DNA from: a virus
Taxonomy: Duplodnaviria; Heunggongvirae; Uroviricota; Caudoviricetes
Direction: 5' to 3' (one strand)
Length of the DNA stretch: 64,000 bases
IMG/VR virus record: IMGVR_UViG_2778261631_000002
Shown: piece after piece, positions 32,309-41,698 of the stretch
Position numbering within the stretch: position 1 is the first letter of the stretch
How the letters are laid out: each line of letters begins with the position of its first letter
Made by a program: the position numbers and the translations under genes
The notes under the pieces: generated by a model
Database searches by the model: none
What the model was told of the DNA's origin: nothing
The model's input: the letters and a program-made list of their open reading frames with translations, nothing else

Positions 32309-32474
32309 CCACCCTGACCCAAAAAGTGCATTTATGTGCAGGATGCCAGAGTTTAGCAGTGAATATTTTGATGATCTGCCAGCGTATATCCTCGATACAG
32401 AAACGATGCTGATGGGGATTAACAGGAAGAATCGCAACGTTAATGATTACAACCGAGCTATTAGCGGTAACTAA
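32223..32474 (+). CDS. Rz1-like o-spanin candidate / membrane lipoprotein (P1 mlp-like), partly embedded in the preceding gene in another frame
   Basis: Lipobox LLTLSGCSG then a Pro/Thr-rich mature region; overlapping architecture typical of Rz/Rz1. Confidence 0.5.
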   Translation: MFASVFLLTLSGCSGSRSANLTPTPTKVNHPDPKSAFMCRMPEFSSEYFDDLPAYILDTETMLMGINRKNRNVNDYNRAISGN

Positions 32475-32485
32475 AAGGGATTTTT

Positions 32486-32878
32486 ATGTCTGATAAAGTA
32501 ACAGTAAAGCAAACTATCAACAAAGCGACTTCAATCTACAAAATTGAGCAAATCACTGTTGGCAAGCCAGGATCTGAACAATACCGTCGTGCTTTCGAGC
32601 TTGCCGATCAGCTTGGTTTAAAACACCCGGATTGCATTGAGCATGTATTTCCGACCTATGCTGATGAGCAATGTACTCATGTTCTTACCGAAGAGGATTT
32701 TTTCAGCACTGAAGAACGAGAAGGCGTTGATCGCTGTATTGGTGTGATTTGCTCTTCAGTGAGTTATGAGTTATTCCCTAATGTCCATGAAGATGGTGGT
32801 ATTGGATACCAATTCCTGTACGAAGGCGATGAGCTTAAATGTTATGAACATGGTCTTCTCATCGAAAGCATAGAATAA
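32486..32878 (+). CDS. Hypothetical protein (130 aa) upstream of the plasmid origin
   Basis: ORF with RBS; no recognisable motifs. Confidence 0.55.
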   Translation: MSDKVTVKQTINKATSIYKIEQITVGKPGSEQYRRAFELADQLGLKHPDCIEHVFPTYADEQCTHVLTEEDFFSTEEREGVDRCIGVICSSVSYELFPNVHEDGGIGYQFLYEGDELKCYEHGLLIESIE

Positions 32879-32892
32879 TACAGCTTCCTTCC

Positions 32893-32916
32893 AACCGGCT
32901 TTGTTGGCCGGTTTTT
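32893..32916 (+). terminator. Rho-independent terminator before oriR
   Basis: AACCGGC-TTTGTTG-GCCGGTT followed by TTT. Confidence 0.5.
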
Positions 32917-32919
32917 CAC

Positions 32920-33180
32920 TTATCCACATTATCCACTGGATAGATCCAATAATTAGGTCCATACAGATCCCAATTAGATCCATATAGATCCCTGATCGTT
33001 GCAGGCCGCGCCACGTCTGGCCTAGAAGTGTATCGCGATGTGTGCTGGAGGGAAAACGATGTGTGCTGGCGGGATAAAAATGTGTGCTGACGGGTTGCTA
33101 ATGTGTGCTGGCGGGATATAGGATGTGTGCTGACGGGAAAGCCTGGGTAGTTATCATCACTTATAAAAACTATCCACATA
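32920..33180. other. Plasmid origin oriR: tandem DnaA boxes, GATC-containing heptamer repeats, five 19-bp iterons (incC), distal DnaA box
   Basis: TTATCCACA / TTATCCACT at 32920-32937; five AGATCC-type GATC repeats at 32943-32997; iterons (G/A)ATGTGTGCTG(G/A)(A/C)GGG at 33038-33140. Confidence 0.8.
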
Positions 33181-33196
33181 ATTCGGAAAAAGTAAT

Positions 33197-34057
33197 ATGA
33201 ATCAATCATTTATCTCCGATATTCTTTACGCAGACATTGAAAGTAAGGCAAAAGAACTAACAGTTAATTCAAACAACACTGTGCAGCCTGTAGCGTTGAT
33301 GCGCTTGGGGGTATTCGTTCCGAAGCCATCAAAGAGCAAAGGAGAAAGTAAAGAGATTGATGCCACCAAAGCGTTTTCCCAGCTGGAGATAGCTAAAGCC
33401 GAGGGTTACGATGATATTAAAATCACCGGTCCTCGACTCGATATGGATACTGATTTCAAAACGTGGATCGGTGTCATCTACGCGTTCAGCAAATACGGCT
33501 TGTCTTCAAACACCATCCAGTTATCGTTTCAGGAGTTCGCTAAAGCCTGTGGTTTCCCCTCAAAACGTCTGGATGCGAAACTGCGTTTAACCATTCATGA
33601 ATCACTTGGACGCTTGCGTAACAAGGGTATCGCTTTTAAGCGCGGAAAAGATGCTAAAGGCGGCTATCAGACTGGTCTGCTGAAGGTCGGGCGTTTTGAT
33701 GCTGACCTTGATCTGATAGAGCTGGAGGCCGATTCGAAGCTCTGGGAGCTGTTCCAGCTTGATTATCGCGTTCTGTTGCAACACCACGCCTTGCGTGCCC
33801 TTCCGAAGAAAGAAGCTGCACAAGCCATTTACACTTTCATCGAAAGCCTTCCGCAGAACCCGTTGCCGCTATCGTTCGCGCGAATCCGTGAGCGCCTGGC
33901 TTTGCAGTCAGCTGTTGGCGAGCAAAACCGTATCATTAAGAAAGCGATAGAACAGCTTAAAACAATCGGCTATCTCGACTGTTCAATTGAGAAGAAAGGC
34001 CGGGAAAGTTTTGTAATCGTCCATTCTCGCAATCCAAAGCTGAAACTTCCCGAATAA
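33197..34057 (+). CDS. repA: RepA plasmid replication initiator (286 aa)
   Basis: Translation MNQSFISDILYADIESKAKELTVNSNN... is recognised as P1-type RepA; flanked by iteron arrays. Confidence 0.9.
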   Translation: MNQSFISDILYADIESKAKELTVNSNNTVQPVALMRLGVFVPKPSKSKGESKEIDATKAFSQLEIAKAEGYDDIKITGPRLDMDTDFKTWIGVIYAFSKYGLSSNTIQLSFQEFAKACGFPSKRLDAKLRLTIHESLGRLRNKGIAFKRGKDAKGGYQTGLLKVGRFDADLDLIELEADSKLWELFQLDYRVLLQHHALRALPKKEAAQAIYTFIESLPQNPLPLSFARIRERLALQSAVGEQNRIIKKAIEQLKTIGYLDCSIEKKGRESFVIVHSRNPKLKLPE

Positions 34058-34343
34058 GTGTGTGCTGGAGGGCAGCTGCATTTGAAAAATGTGCGCTGCC
34101 GGGAATGCCTGCCCATTTTCCTGTTTTTGGTGTGCGCTGGAGGGTTGCGCCACGCAGTTTGCCCAGACATTCCCTCCAGCACACATCTAACCATCCAAGT
34201 TTCCCTCCAGCGCACATCTAATCTTCTATCTTTCCCTTCAGCGCACATATTTGATACCAGCGATCCCTCCACAACACATAATTCAATGCGACTTCCCTCT
34301 ATCGCACATTCTGGTCCTGCATCATCCCTCCAGCACACATCTA
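34058..34343. repeat. incA copy-control locus: nine 19-bp iterons (three direct, six inverted)
   Basis: GTGTGCTGGAGGG-type repeats at about 34058, 34088, 34129, and CCCTCCAGCACACAT-type at 34170, 34201, 34232, 34263, 34292, 34325. Confidence 0.8.
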
Positions 34344-34450
34344 ATAGCCTCATCGCCATTTCTTTACGTGCAATAATTTGCGCACGAATCAAAATAAGTT
34401 GCACGTAGCAGAATCAAACGTACAATTCACTCATACGAAATGATAAGGAG

Positions 34451-35662
34451 ATGATGATGAAACGCGATTACGGCGGTGTCGGCACCATAGCTCTTCGTGC
34501 AAGCGCATTACTTAAGGCCATGAGTCAGGATATTGAAGATCAGCGCAAAGAGTTCAATCAGACCGAGTATTATCAGACGTTCACTCGTAACGCTGTGGCA
34601 AAGTTGCCGAAGCTGAGCCGCCGCATTGTGGAGCAGGCCATCAAAGAGATGGAAGATGATGGGTACCAGTTCAACAAGAAACAGGTCGGTAACGTTGAAC
34701 AGTACGCGCTGACCATCCAGAACGTCATTGATATCTATGCCCACCGTAAGATCCCAAAATATCGCGACATTCACAAATCGCCTTACGTTATTTTTGTCGT
34801 AAACCTGAAGGGTGGCGTATCCAAAACGGTTTCCACAGTCACGTTGGCGCACGCTCTGCGTGTGCATCAGGATTTACTGCGTCACGATCTGCGCATTCTG
34901 GTAATTGACCTTGACCCTCAGGCATCCAGCACAATGTTCCTCGACCATACTCACAGTATTGGTTCCATCCTGGAAACCGCCGCGCAGGCGATGCTGAACG
35001 ACCTGGACGCGGAGACGCTACGCAAAGAGGTGATTCGTCCGACCATCGTTCCTGGCGTAGACGTGATTCCAGCCTCTATCGACGATGGCTTTGTTGCCAG
35101 CCAATGGAAAGAGCTGGTTGAAGAGCATCTTCCCGGACAAAATCAGTACGAAATCCTTCGACGCAATATCATTGATCGTGTTGCGGATGATTATGACTTT
35201 ATCTTTATTGATACCGGTCCACACCTGGATCCGTTCCTGCTCAACGGTCTGGCGGCCAGCGATTTGCTGCTTACCCCTACCCCACCAGCCCAGGTTGACT
35301 TCCACTCAACACTGAAATATCTCACCCGTCTGCCAGAAATGCTGGAGCAACTGGAGGAGGAAGGCGTAGAACCGCGTTTAAGCGCCAGCATTGGTTTTAT
35401 GTCGAAGATGACCGGCAAGCGCGATCACGAGACATCACACAGCCTTGCGCGTGAGGTTTACGCCAGCAACATTCTGGACTCTTCTCTGCCTCGTCTGGAT
35501 GGATTTGAGCGATGCGGCGAGTCTTTCGACACCGTAATCAGTGCCAACCCGCAATCGTATCCAGGCAGTGCAGAGGCGCTGAAGAAGGCACGAACCGAGG
35601 CCGAGCGTTTCACTAAGGCTGTGTTTGATCGAATTGAGTTTGTTAGGGGTGAGGCGGCATGA
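34451..35662 (+). CDS. parA: ParA partition ATPase, P1/P7/pMT1 family but clearly diverged from P1 ParA
   Basis: Deviant Walker A NLKGGVSKT, ...ILVIDLDPQ...; alignable along its length to P1 ParA with many substitutions. Confidence 0.85.
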   Translation: MMMKRDYGGVGTIALRASALLKAMSQDIEDQRKEFNQTEYYQTFTRNAVAKLPKLSRRIVEQAIKEMEDDGYQFNKKQVGNVEQYALTIQNVIDIYAHRKIPKYRDIHKSPYVIFVVNLKGGVSKTVSTVTLAHALRVHQDLLRHDLRILVIDLDPQASSTMFLDHTHSIGSILETAAQAMLNDLDAETLRKEVIRPTIVPGVDVIPASIDDGFVASQWKELVEEHLPGQNQYEILRRNIIDRVADDYDFIFIDTGPHLDPFLLNGLAASDLLLTPTPPAQVDFHSTLKYLTRLPEMLEQLEEEGVEPRLSASIGFMSKMTGKRDHETSHSLAREVYASNILDSSLPRLDGFERCGESFDTVISANPQSYPGSAEALKKARTEAERFTKAVFDRIEFVRGEAA

Positions 35663-36624
35663 AAAAAATAGTTTCCCGTGGACGAGTGCTGGGCAAGAAT
35701 AGCTCCGAGTTTGCTCGCATGCTTGAAGGCAGTGAAGGCACCAAAACCTTTACCCTAAAATCTGGCCGCCAGGCTAAATTTTTGCTTACCGTTGTGCTGA
35801 GTGGTGAGATTGAGTCGCGCACGTTCGTTGACCCGGCAGTTAACGGCCGCGATCAGTCTCTGCTCACCCCTGAGTCGGTAAGCGATATTTCCCGCACCAT
35901 TAAATTGCAACAGTTCTTCCCGGCTATCGGTCGTATGGTTGGGGAGCGCATTGAGGTATTGGACGGATCACGTCGCCGCGCTGCGTGTATCTTCAATGAA
36001 ACGAAATTTGAGATTCTGGTGACGAAAGATGAGATCAGCCTGGCGGATGCACGCCAGCTGGCCATTGATATCCAGACAGCCCGCGAACACACCCTGCGCG
36101 AACTGGGTAAACGCTTCGAGGTTATGTATGGTAAGAGCATGACCAAAGAAGAGATCGCCCGCGCTGAGAACATTTCAAAGGCTAAAGTTACGCGCGCGTT
36201 CCAGGCGGCAGCGGTGCCGGATGAGATGATTGCTGTCTTCCCTGTTGCCAGCGATCTCGCCCTGCCAGATTACCAGTTACTGCTCCAGATCTCCGAGGAT
36301 GCCAACGCTAAAAGCGTGCCTATTGAAGAGCTGGTTGATACGGTGCGCGAACGAATTGCAGAGACTGAGGGCGCGAAAGAGGATAAAGCGAAGATACTGG
36401 CTATCTTCAAAGCGGAAAGCAAAAGCCTGAAGCCCGCGCCGGTTAAATCTGTGGTGGTTGAGAAGCTGCGAGACTTCTCTGACCGTCGCCAATATGCTCG
36501 AAAGAAGTCCGATCCGAAAAAACGGGTTGTCGCCTACGAGTTCTCCAGACTCCCGTCTGAAGTGCAAACTGAAATTGACGAAGCAATAAAAAAAATCATT
36601 GGGAAAATGTCTGCTGGGGAATAA
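35659..36624 (+). CDS. parB: ParB centromere-binding protein (321 aa), diverged from P1 ParB
   Basis: ParB box ...ILDGSRRRAA... and HTH region; start overlaps the parA stop. Confidence 0.8.
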   Translation: MKKIVSRGRVLGKNSSEFARMLEGSEGTKTFTLKSGRQAKFLLTVVLSGEIESRTFVDPAVNGRDQSLLTPESVSDISRTIKLQQFFPAIGRMVGERIEVLDGSRRRAACIFNETKFEILVTKDEISLADARQLAIDIQTAREHTLRELGKRFEVMYGKSMTKEEIARAENISKAKVTRAFQAAAVPDEMIAVFPVASDLALPDYQLLLQISEDANAKSVPIEELVDTVRERIAETEGAKEDKAKILAIFKAESKSLKPAPVKSVVVEKLRDFSDRRQYARKKSDPKKRVVAYEFSRLPSEVQTEIDEAIKKIIGKMSAGE

Positions 36625-36677
36625 TCCCGCTGGTGGGAGGTGGTGTTAGCCCCTCCCCTTCCTAAAATGTCCCGCAC

Positions 36678-36748
36678 CAATTTCATTGCTAACATTATGA
36701 TTTGCATGTGTTTTTTAGGAGAATTTCAGACTGAAATTCCCACGATTT
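36678..36748. other. parS centromere candidate: ParB box A heptamers around an AT-rich IHF-like core, with a variant box B
   Basis: ATTTCAT ... ATTTCAG-AC-TGAAAT-TCCCAC-GATTTAAC; same layout as P1 parS, but box B reads TCCCAC rather than the TCGCCA I recall for P1. Confidence 0.55.
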
Positions 36749-36812
36749 AACGCCTGCATTCACCGTCCACTTCCCCGCACAAAAAATTTAAAAAATTACT
36801 TTTCGCGAGAAA

Positions 36813-36837
36813 GTCAACAAGTGACTTTCAATAAAAT
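36813..36837 (+). promoter_or_regulatory. Candidate Lpa-dependent late promoter of the head/sheath operon (GTCAACAAGTGACT then TAAAAT)
   Basis: Motif shared with sites at 17109 and 49289. Confidence 0.4.
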
Positions 36838-36867
36838 CTCTTCCGAAAAGGGATTCACACAAGTGCC

Positions 36868-38595
36868 TTGTGTTTAAGGAAGAGTAACTTGAGTAACTTA
36901 CGCGAATACCAGAATCGTATTGCAGATATCGCAAAACGCTCTAAAGCCGTTCTTGGCTGGGCAAGTACAGCACAGTTCGGTACTGATAACCAATTCATCA
37001 AAGATGATGCCGCGCGTGCCGCATCTATCCTTGAAGCTGCACGTAAAGACCCAATTTTTGCGGGTATCTCTGATAATGCCACCGCTCAAATTGCTACCGC
37101 GTGGGCAAGTGCACTGGCTGACTACGCCGCAGCACATAAATCTATGCCGCGTCCGGAAATTCTGGCCTCCTGCCACCAGACGCTGGAAAACTGCCTGATT
37201 GAGTCCACCCGCAATAGCATGGATGCCACTAATAAAGCGATGCTGGAATCCGTCGCAGCAGAGATGATGAGCGTTTCTGACGGTGTTATGCGTCTGCCTT
37301 TATTCCTCGCGATGATCCTGCCTGTTCAGTTGGGGGCAGCTACCGCTGATGCGTGTACCTTCATTCCGGTTACGCGTGACCAGTCCGACATCTATGAAGT
37401 CTTTAACGTGGCAGGTTCCTCTTTTGGTTCTTATGCTGCTGGTGATGTTCTGGACATGCAATCCGTCGGTGTGTACAGCCAGTTACGCCGCCGCTATGTG
37501 CTGGTGGCAAGCTCCGATGGCACCAGCAAAACCGCAACCTTCAAGATGGAAGACTTCGAAGGCCAGAATGTACCAATCCGAAAAGGTCGCACTAACATCT
37601 ACGTTAACCGTATTAAGTCTGTTGTTGATAACGGTTCCGGCAGCCTACTTCACTCGTTTACTAATGCTGCTGGTGAGCAAATCACTGTTACCTGCTCTCT
37701 GAACTACAACATTGGTCAGATTGCCCTGTCGTTCTCCAAAGCGCCGGATAAAGGCACTGAGATCGCAATTGAGACGGAAATCAATATTGAAGCCGCTCCT
37801 GAGCTGATCCCGCTGATCAACCACGAAATGAAGAAATACACCCTGTTCCCAAGCCAGTTCGTTATCGCGGCTGAGCACACGGTACAGGCGGCGTATGAAG
37901 CACAGCGTGAATTTGGTCTGGACCTGGGTTCCCTACAGTTCCGCACCCTGAAGGAATACCTGTCTCATGAACAGGATATGCTGCGTCTTCGCATCATGAT
38001 CTGGCGTACTCTTGCGACCGACACCTTTGACATCGCTCTGCCGGTTAACCAGTCCTTTGATGTATGGGCAACCATCATTCGTGGCAAATTCCAGACTGTA
38101 TATCGCGACATTATTGAGCGCGTTAAATCTTCTGGTGCGATGGGGATGTTTGCTGGTGCTGATGCAGCATCTTTCTTCAAACAGTTGCCGAAGGATTTCT
38201 TCCAGCCAGCCGAAGACTATATCCAGACTCCGTATGTTCACTACATCGGTACCCTGTTCGGTAACGTGAAAGTGTACGAAGTACCTGCTGGTATTTGTAA
38301 GAACTTAACGACAGAGAACATTCAGTTCAGCTCGATGGATGTGCTGTGCTACGTCCGTGATGAAAATCCGGGTAAAGCAGGCTTCGTGACTGGTGATGCT
38401 GTCCCGGCTATCCCGTTCCAGCATCCGACCACTCCGGCGCTGGTCAACCGTACCACACTGTGGGGTTCGGCTATCAACGATATGCACCCACGCAACGGCG
38501 CTGATTACTTCACTCGTGTAACGCTGACAATGGCCAAAAAAGGCGGGCTTAACTTCATAAGCGGCGACACGATTGATGCCGGTGACTCTGAGTAA
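36868..38595 (+). CDS. Major head (capsid) protein, P1 gene 23 equivalent (true start possibly TTG at 36889)
   Basis: About 570-aa ORF after parS, as gene 23 is in P1; RBS AAGGAAGAG precedes the TTG at 36889. Confidence 0.65.
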   Translation: MCLRKSNLSNLREYQNRIADIAKRSKAVLGWASTAQFGTDNQFIKDDAARAASILEAARKDPIFAGISDNATAQIATAWASALADYAAAHKSMPRPEILASCHQTLENCLIESTRNSMDATNKAMLESVAAEMMSVSDGVMRLPLFLAMILPVQLGAATADACTFIPVTRDQSDIYEVFNVAGSSFGSYAAGDVLDMQSVGVYSQLRRRYVLVASSDGTSKTATFKMEDFEGQNVPIRKGRTNIYVNRIKSVVDNGSGSLLHSFTNAAGEQITVTCSLNYNIGQIALSFSKAPDKGTEIAIETEINIEAAPELIPLINHEMKKYTLFPSQFVIAAEHTVQAAYEAQREFGLDLGSLQFRTLKEYLSHEQDMLRLRIMIWRTLATDTFDIALPVNQSFDVWATIIRGKFQTVYRDIIERVKSSGAMGMFAGADAASFFKQLPKDFFQPAEDYIQTPYVHYIGTLFGNVKVYEVPAGICKNLTTENIQFSSMDVLCYVRDENPGKAGFVTGDAVPAIPFQHPTTPALVNRTTLWGSAINDMHPRNGADYFTRVTLTMAKKGGLNFISGDTIDAGDSE

Positions 38596-38621
38596 TCAGG
38601 GGAAGTTCTCCGTTTAACATA

Positions 38622-38640
38622 GCGCCCCCGTGCGGGGCGC
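38622..38640 (+). terminator. GC-rich stem-loop between the capsid and sheath genes (possible attenuator; no U-run)
   Basis: GCGCCCC-CGTGC-GGGGCGC. Confidence 0.3.
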
Positions 38641-38655
38641 ATAACAGGGAAAGTT

Positions 38656-40245
38656 ATGTCTCAATATTCAATTCAACAGTCATTAGGTAATGCATCCGGC
38701 GTCGCGGTTAGCCCGATCAATGCCGATGCTACGTTATCTACCGGTGTTGCATTAAATAGCAGCTTGTGGGCTGGTATTGGCGTATTTGCGCGTGGCAAGC
38801 CGTTTACTGTTCTTGCGGTTACTGAGTCCAATTACGAAGATGTTCTCGGCGAACCGCTGAAGCCGTCTTCCGGCTCACAGTTCGAACCAATTCGCCATGT
38901 GTACGAAGCTATTCAGCAAACGTCTGGTTATGTTGTCCGTGCTGTTCCGGATGATGCGAAGTTCCCGATTATTATGTTCGATGAATCAGGCGAACCGGCT
39001 TACAGTGCGTTGCCATATGGTTCTGAAATTGAACTTGATAGCGGCGAAGCCTTTGCTATCTACGTTGATGATGGTGATCCGTGTATTTCACCTACCCGTG
39101 AGTTAACCATCGAAACGGCAACAGCGGACAGCGCGGGTAATGAACGCTTCCTCTTAAAACTGACCCAGACGACTTCGCTCGGTGTGGTAACGACCCTGGA
39201 GACACACACTGTGTCTTTGGCGGAAGAAGCGAAAGATGACATGGGCCGCTTGTGTTATCTGCCTACGGCTCTGGAAGCCCGTTCTAAATATCTGCGCGCG
39301 GTTGTTAATGAAGATCTGATTTCTACAGCGAAAGTAACAAACAAAAAATCGTTGGCGTTCACTGGTGGTACCAACGGTGATCAGTCGAAAATCTCAACCG
39401 CTGCGTACCTGCGTGCGGTGAAAGTGCTGAACAATGCGCCGTACATGTACACCGCTGTTCTTGGCTTGGGCTGCTATGACAATGCGGCTATCACCGCATT
39501 AGGTAAAATCTGTGCAGATCGCCTGATTGATGGCTTCTTTGATGTCAAACCGACATTGACGTACACGGAAGCGATCTCTGCTGTTGAAGATACCGGTTTA
39601 CTTGGTACCGATTATGTAAGCTGTGCTGTCTATCACTTCCCGTTCTCCTGCAAAGACAAATGGACCCAATCCCGTGTGGTCTTCGGTCTGTCTGGCTCGG
39701 CGTATGCGGCGAAAGCTCGTGGCGTCAAGAAAAACTCTGATGTCGGCGGTTGGCATTACTCACCGGCTGGTGAAGAACGTGCCGTCATTGCTCGTGCGTC
39801 AATTCAACCGCTGTATCCGGAAGATACCCCGGACGAAGAAGCAATGGTCAAGGGCCGTCTCAATAAAGTATCTGTTGGCACCTCTGGCCAGATGATCATC
39901 GACGATGCTTTAACTTGCTGCACGCAGGATAACTATCTGCACTTCCAGCACGTCCCATCCCTGATGAATGCAATCAGCCGTTTCTTTGTCCAGTTAGCCC
40001 GACAGATGAAGCATAGCCCGGACGGTATTACTGCGGCTGGTCTGACTAAAGGGATGACCAAACTTTTAGATCGCTTTGTCGCCTCCGGCGCTCTGGTGGC
40101 TCCTCGTGATCCTGATGCTGACGGTACAGAACCGTATGTGCTGAAAGTTACGCAGGCGGAATTCGATAAATGGGAAGCAGTCTGGGCCTGCTGCCCGACT
40201 GGCGTAGCCCGTCGTATCCAGGGCGTACCGCTGCTTATTAAGTAA
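38656..40245 (+). CDS. Contractile tail sheath protein candidate, P1 gene 22 equivalent (529 aa)
   Basis: Size and position after the major head gene; assignment by synteny. Confidence 0.55.
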   Translation: MSQYSIQQSLGNASGVAVSPINADATLSTGVALNSSLWAGIGVFARGKPFTVLAVTESNYEDVLGEPLKPSSGSQFEPIRHVYEAIQQTSGYVVRAVPDDAKFPIIMFDESGEPAYSALPYGSEIELDSGEAFAIYVDDGDPCISPTRELTIETATADSAGNERFLLKLTQTTSLGVVTTLETHTVSLAEEAKDDMGRLCYLPTALEARSKYLRAVVNEDLISTAKVTNKKSLAFTGGTNGDQSKISTAAYLRAVKVLNNAPYMYTAVLGLGCYDNAAITALGKICADRLIDGFFDVKPTLTYTEAISAVEDTGLLGTDYVSCAVYHFPFSCKDKWTQSRVVFGLSGSAYAAKARGVKKNSDVGGWHYSPAGEERAVIARASIQPLYPEDTPDEEAMVKGRLNKVSVGTSGQMIIDDALTCCTQDNYLHFQHVPSLMNAISRFFVQLARQMKHSPDGITAAGLTKGMTKLLDRFVASGALVAPRDPDADGTEPYVLKVTQAEFDKWEAVWACCPTGVARRIQGVPLLIK

Positions 40246-40254
40246 GGGAATACA

Positions 40255-41070
40255 ATGAGCAAAAACTTTTTTCAATCCGGGGCATTTTTGGGGAATGGAC
40301 TGTCCCGTTTCGCTTTGAACTCTGATCCTGTGCAGCTGATGGAGTCTGCCCGAGCAAGCGCCGAACCGCCAACAGATCCGGTTATTAATAATAATCCGGA
40401 ACCGGCGGCACAGACTAACGATAACGTTCCATCTGATCCGGCTCCTGAGCAAATCCTGGAAGAGAAAGACGGTAAAGAATGGACCGTTGAACAGGCGCAC
40501 CAGATGATTCTGGAAGCTGCAAATCGAAGTGCGATGCAGAATGCGTTGAGTGATGCGGCCGACGCCGTTTTCGCCTGGGCTGATAGCGGTGATCTGACTT
40601 TCGACTCCCTTGATGGTTTCATTCAGGCTATCGCTGGTATCTCTGATGACGACGACTCCGAAGTTACAGAAGAACAGGACGATGCCTATAACGAAGCATG
40701 GGCAAATGTTGCTGACTTCCTCGCAGCATGCGGTGTAGATGATGACATGATCGAAGCACTGGCTGACGATGAAGACGACGACGCTGCTGCTGATGTTGGT
40801 GCCTCTATCGCTGGTTTAGATAGCGACGACCGCGACGAACTGGAAGCGGCGTTTGTTGTTGCTGGCACTTCTGATGAAATGCTGACTGAAGCATTTAAGA
40901 AGGTTGTTCGTAACGGTGAGATCAAACTCATCCGTAAACGCCTGCGGAAAAAACGTCTGACTGCGGCTCAAAAATCGGCGCTGAAAAAAGCGCGTCGAAA
41001 AGCCCAGACCGGCGCGGCAAAACTTGCCCGCAAAAAGTCAATGAAACTGCGCAGTAAGCGCCTTGGCTAA
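40255..41070 (+). CDS. Highly acidic protein with Lys/Arg-rich C-terminal tail (271 aa)
   Basis: Asp/Glu runs (DDDDSEVTEEQDD, DDEDDDAAAD) then KRLRKKRLTAAQKSALKKARRKAQ. Confidence 0.55.
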   Translation: MSKNFFQSGAFLGNGLSRFALNSDPVQLMESARASAEPPTDPVINNNPEPAAQTNDNVPSDPAPEQILEEKDGKEWTVEQAHQMILEAANRSAMQNALSDAADAVFAWADSGDLTFDSLDGFIQAIAGISDDDDSEVTEEQDDAYNEAWANVADFLAACGVDDDMIEALADDEDDDAAADVGASIAGLDSDDRDELEAAFVVAGTSDEMLTEAFKKVVRNGEIKLIRKRLRKKRLTAAQKSALKKARRKAQTGAAKLARKKSMKLRSKRLG

Positions 41071-41105
41071 AGGAGGAGGCCGGAGAACTCCGGCCTTTAA
41101 CTTGA

Positions 41106-41687
41106 ATGGCACCTATACCTTATGGGGTTTACAGCCAGGCTGATGGTGTATCGCCATTTCTGAAAGTTACTTTAACGAACTCTCAGTACCAGGTTACCGG
41201 ATATATCAGCCAGGGGGCAGCAATGAACATGGCCCAGAATTGGGAAGCGCCGTTTACCGGTATGTCCATGGGGTCTGTTGCTGGTGCTTTCAGTGGTTTT
41301 GCGCAGGTTGGTACTGAAACAACGTCGGTGGCCCGTTGGAACAGCTTAATGGTTTGGGAGGGGGGAACACCGCCGACTTTCACGCTGCCAGTAACTTTCA
41401 TCGCTTTGTTTGACCCATTCACGGAGGTTTCAGGAGCTATCGCCGCATTGTCAGCGATGATTAGCCCGGAACTTAAAGATGCCAGTATTGGTGGTCGAAT
41501 CCCGGAGCGTGTGACGCTAAACATTGGTCGCCGGATCAACATCATTGATGTCGCTATCCAGGACATAAGTTTCGATCTCGATGCACCCAGGGACAGCAAT
41601 GGGCATTTCCTGAAAAACACCGTCAACCTCCAGTTGACCGGTTCTTCGATATATAACAGCTCCGATATTGTTCGGGCGTTCCAGTAA
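41106..41687 (+). CDS. Tail structural protein candidate (193 aa)
   Basis: ORF after a short hairpin at 41075-41095. Confidence 0.5.
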   Translation: MAPIPYGVYSQADGVSPFLKVTLTNSQYQVTGYISQGAAMNMAQNWEAPFTGMSMGSVAGAFSGFAQVGTETTSVARWNSLMVWEGGTPPTFTLPVTFIALFDPFTEVSGAIAALSAMISPELKDASIGGRIPERVTLNIGRRINIIDVAIQDISFDLDAPRDSNGHFLKNTVNLQLTGSSIYNSSDIVRAFQ

Positions 41688-41698
41688 AAGGATTTTAT

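Noticed and set aside
33038-34343. Arrays of short direct repeats flanking repA that could be taken for a CRISPR array
   Set aside because: The repeats are 19-bp iterons with variable, non-unique spacing, partly in inverted orientation, flanking a Rep gene with DnaA boxes and GATC repeats: plasmid origin and copy-control architecture.
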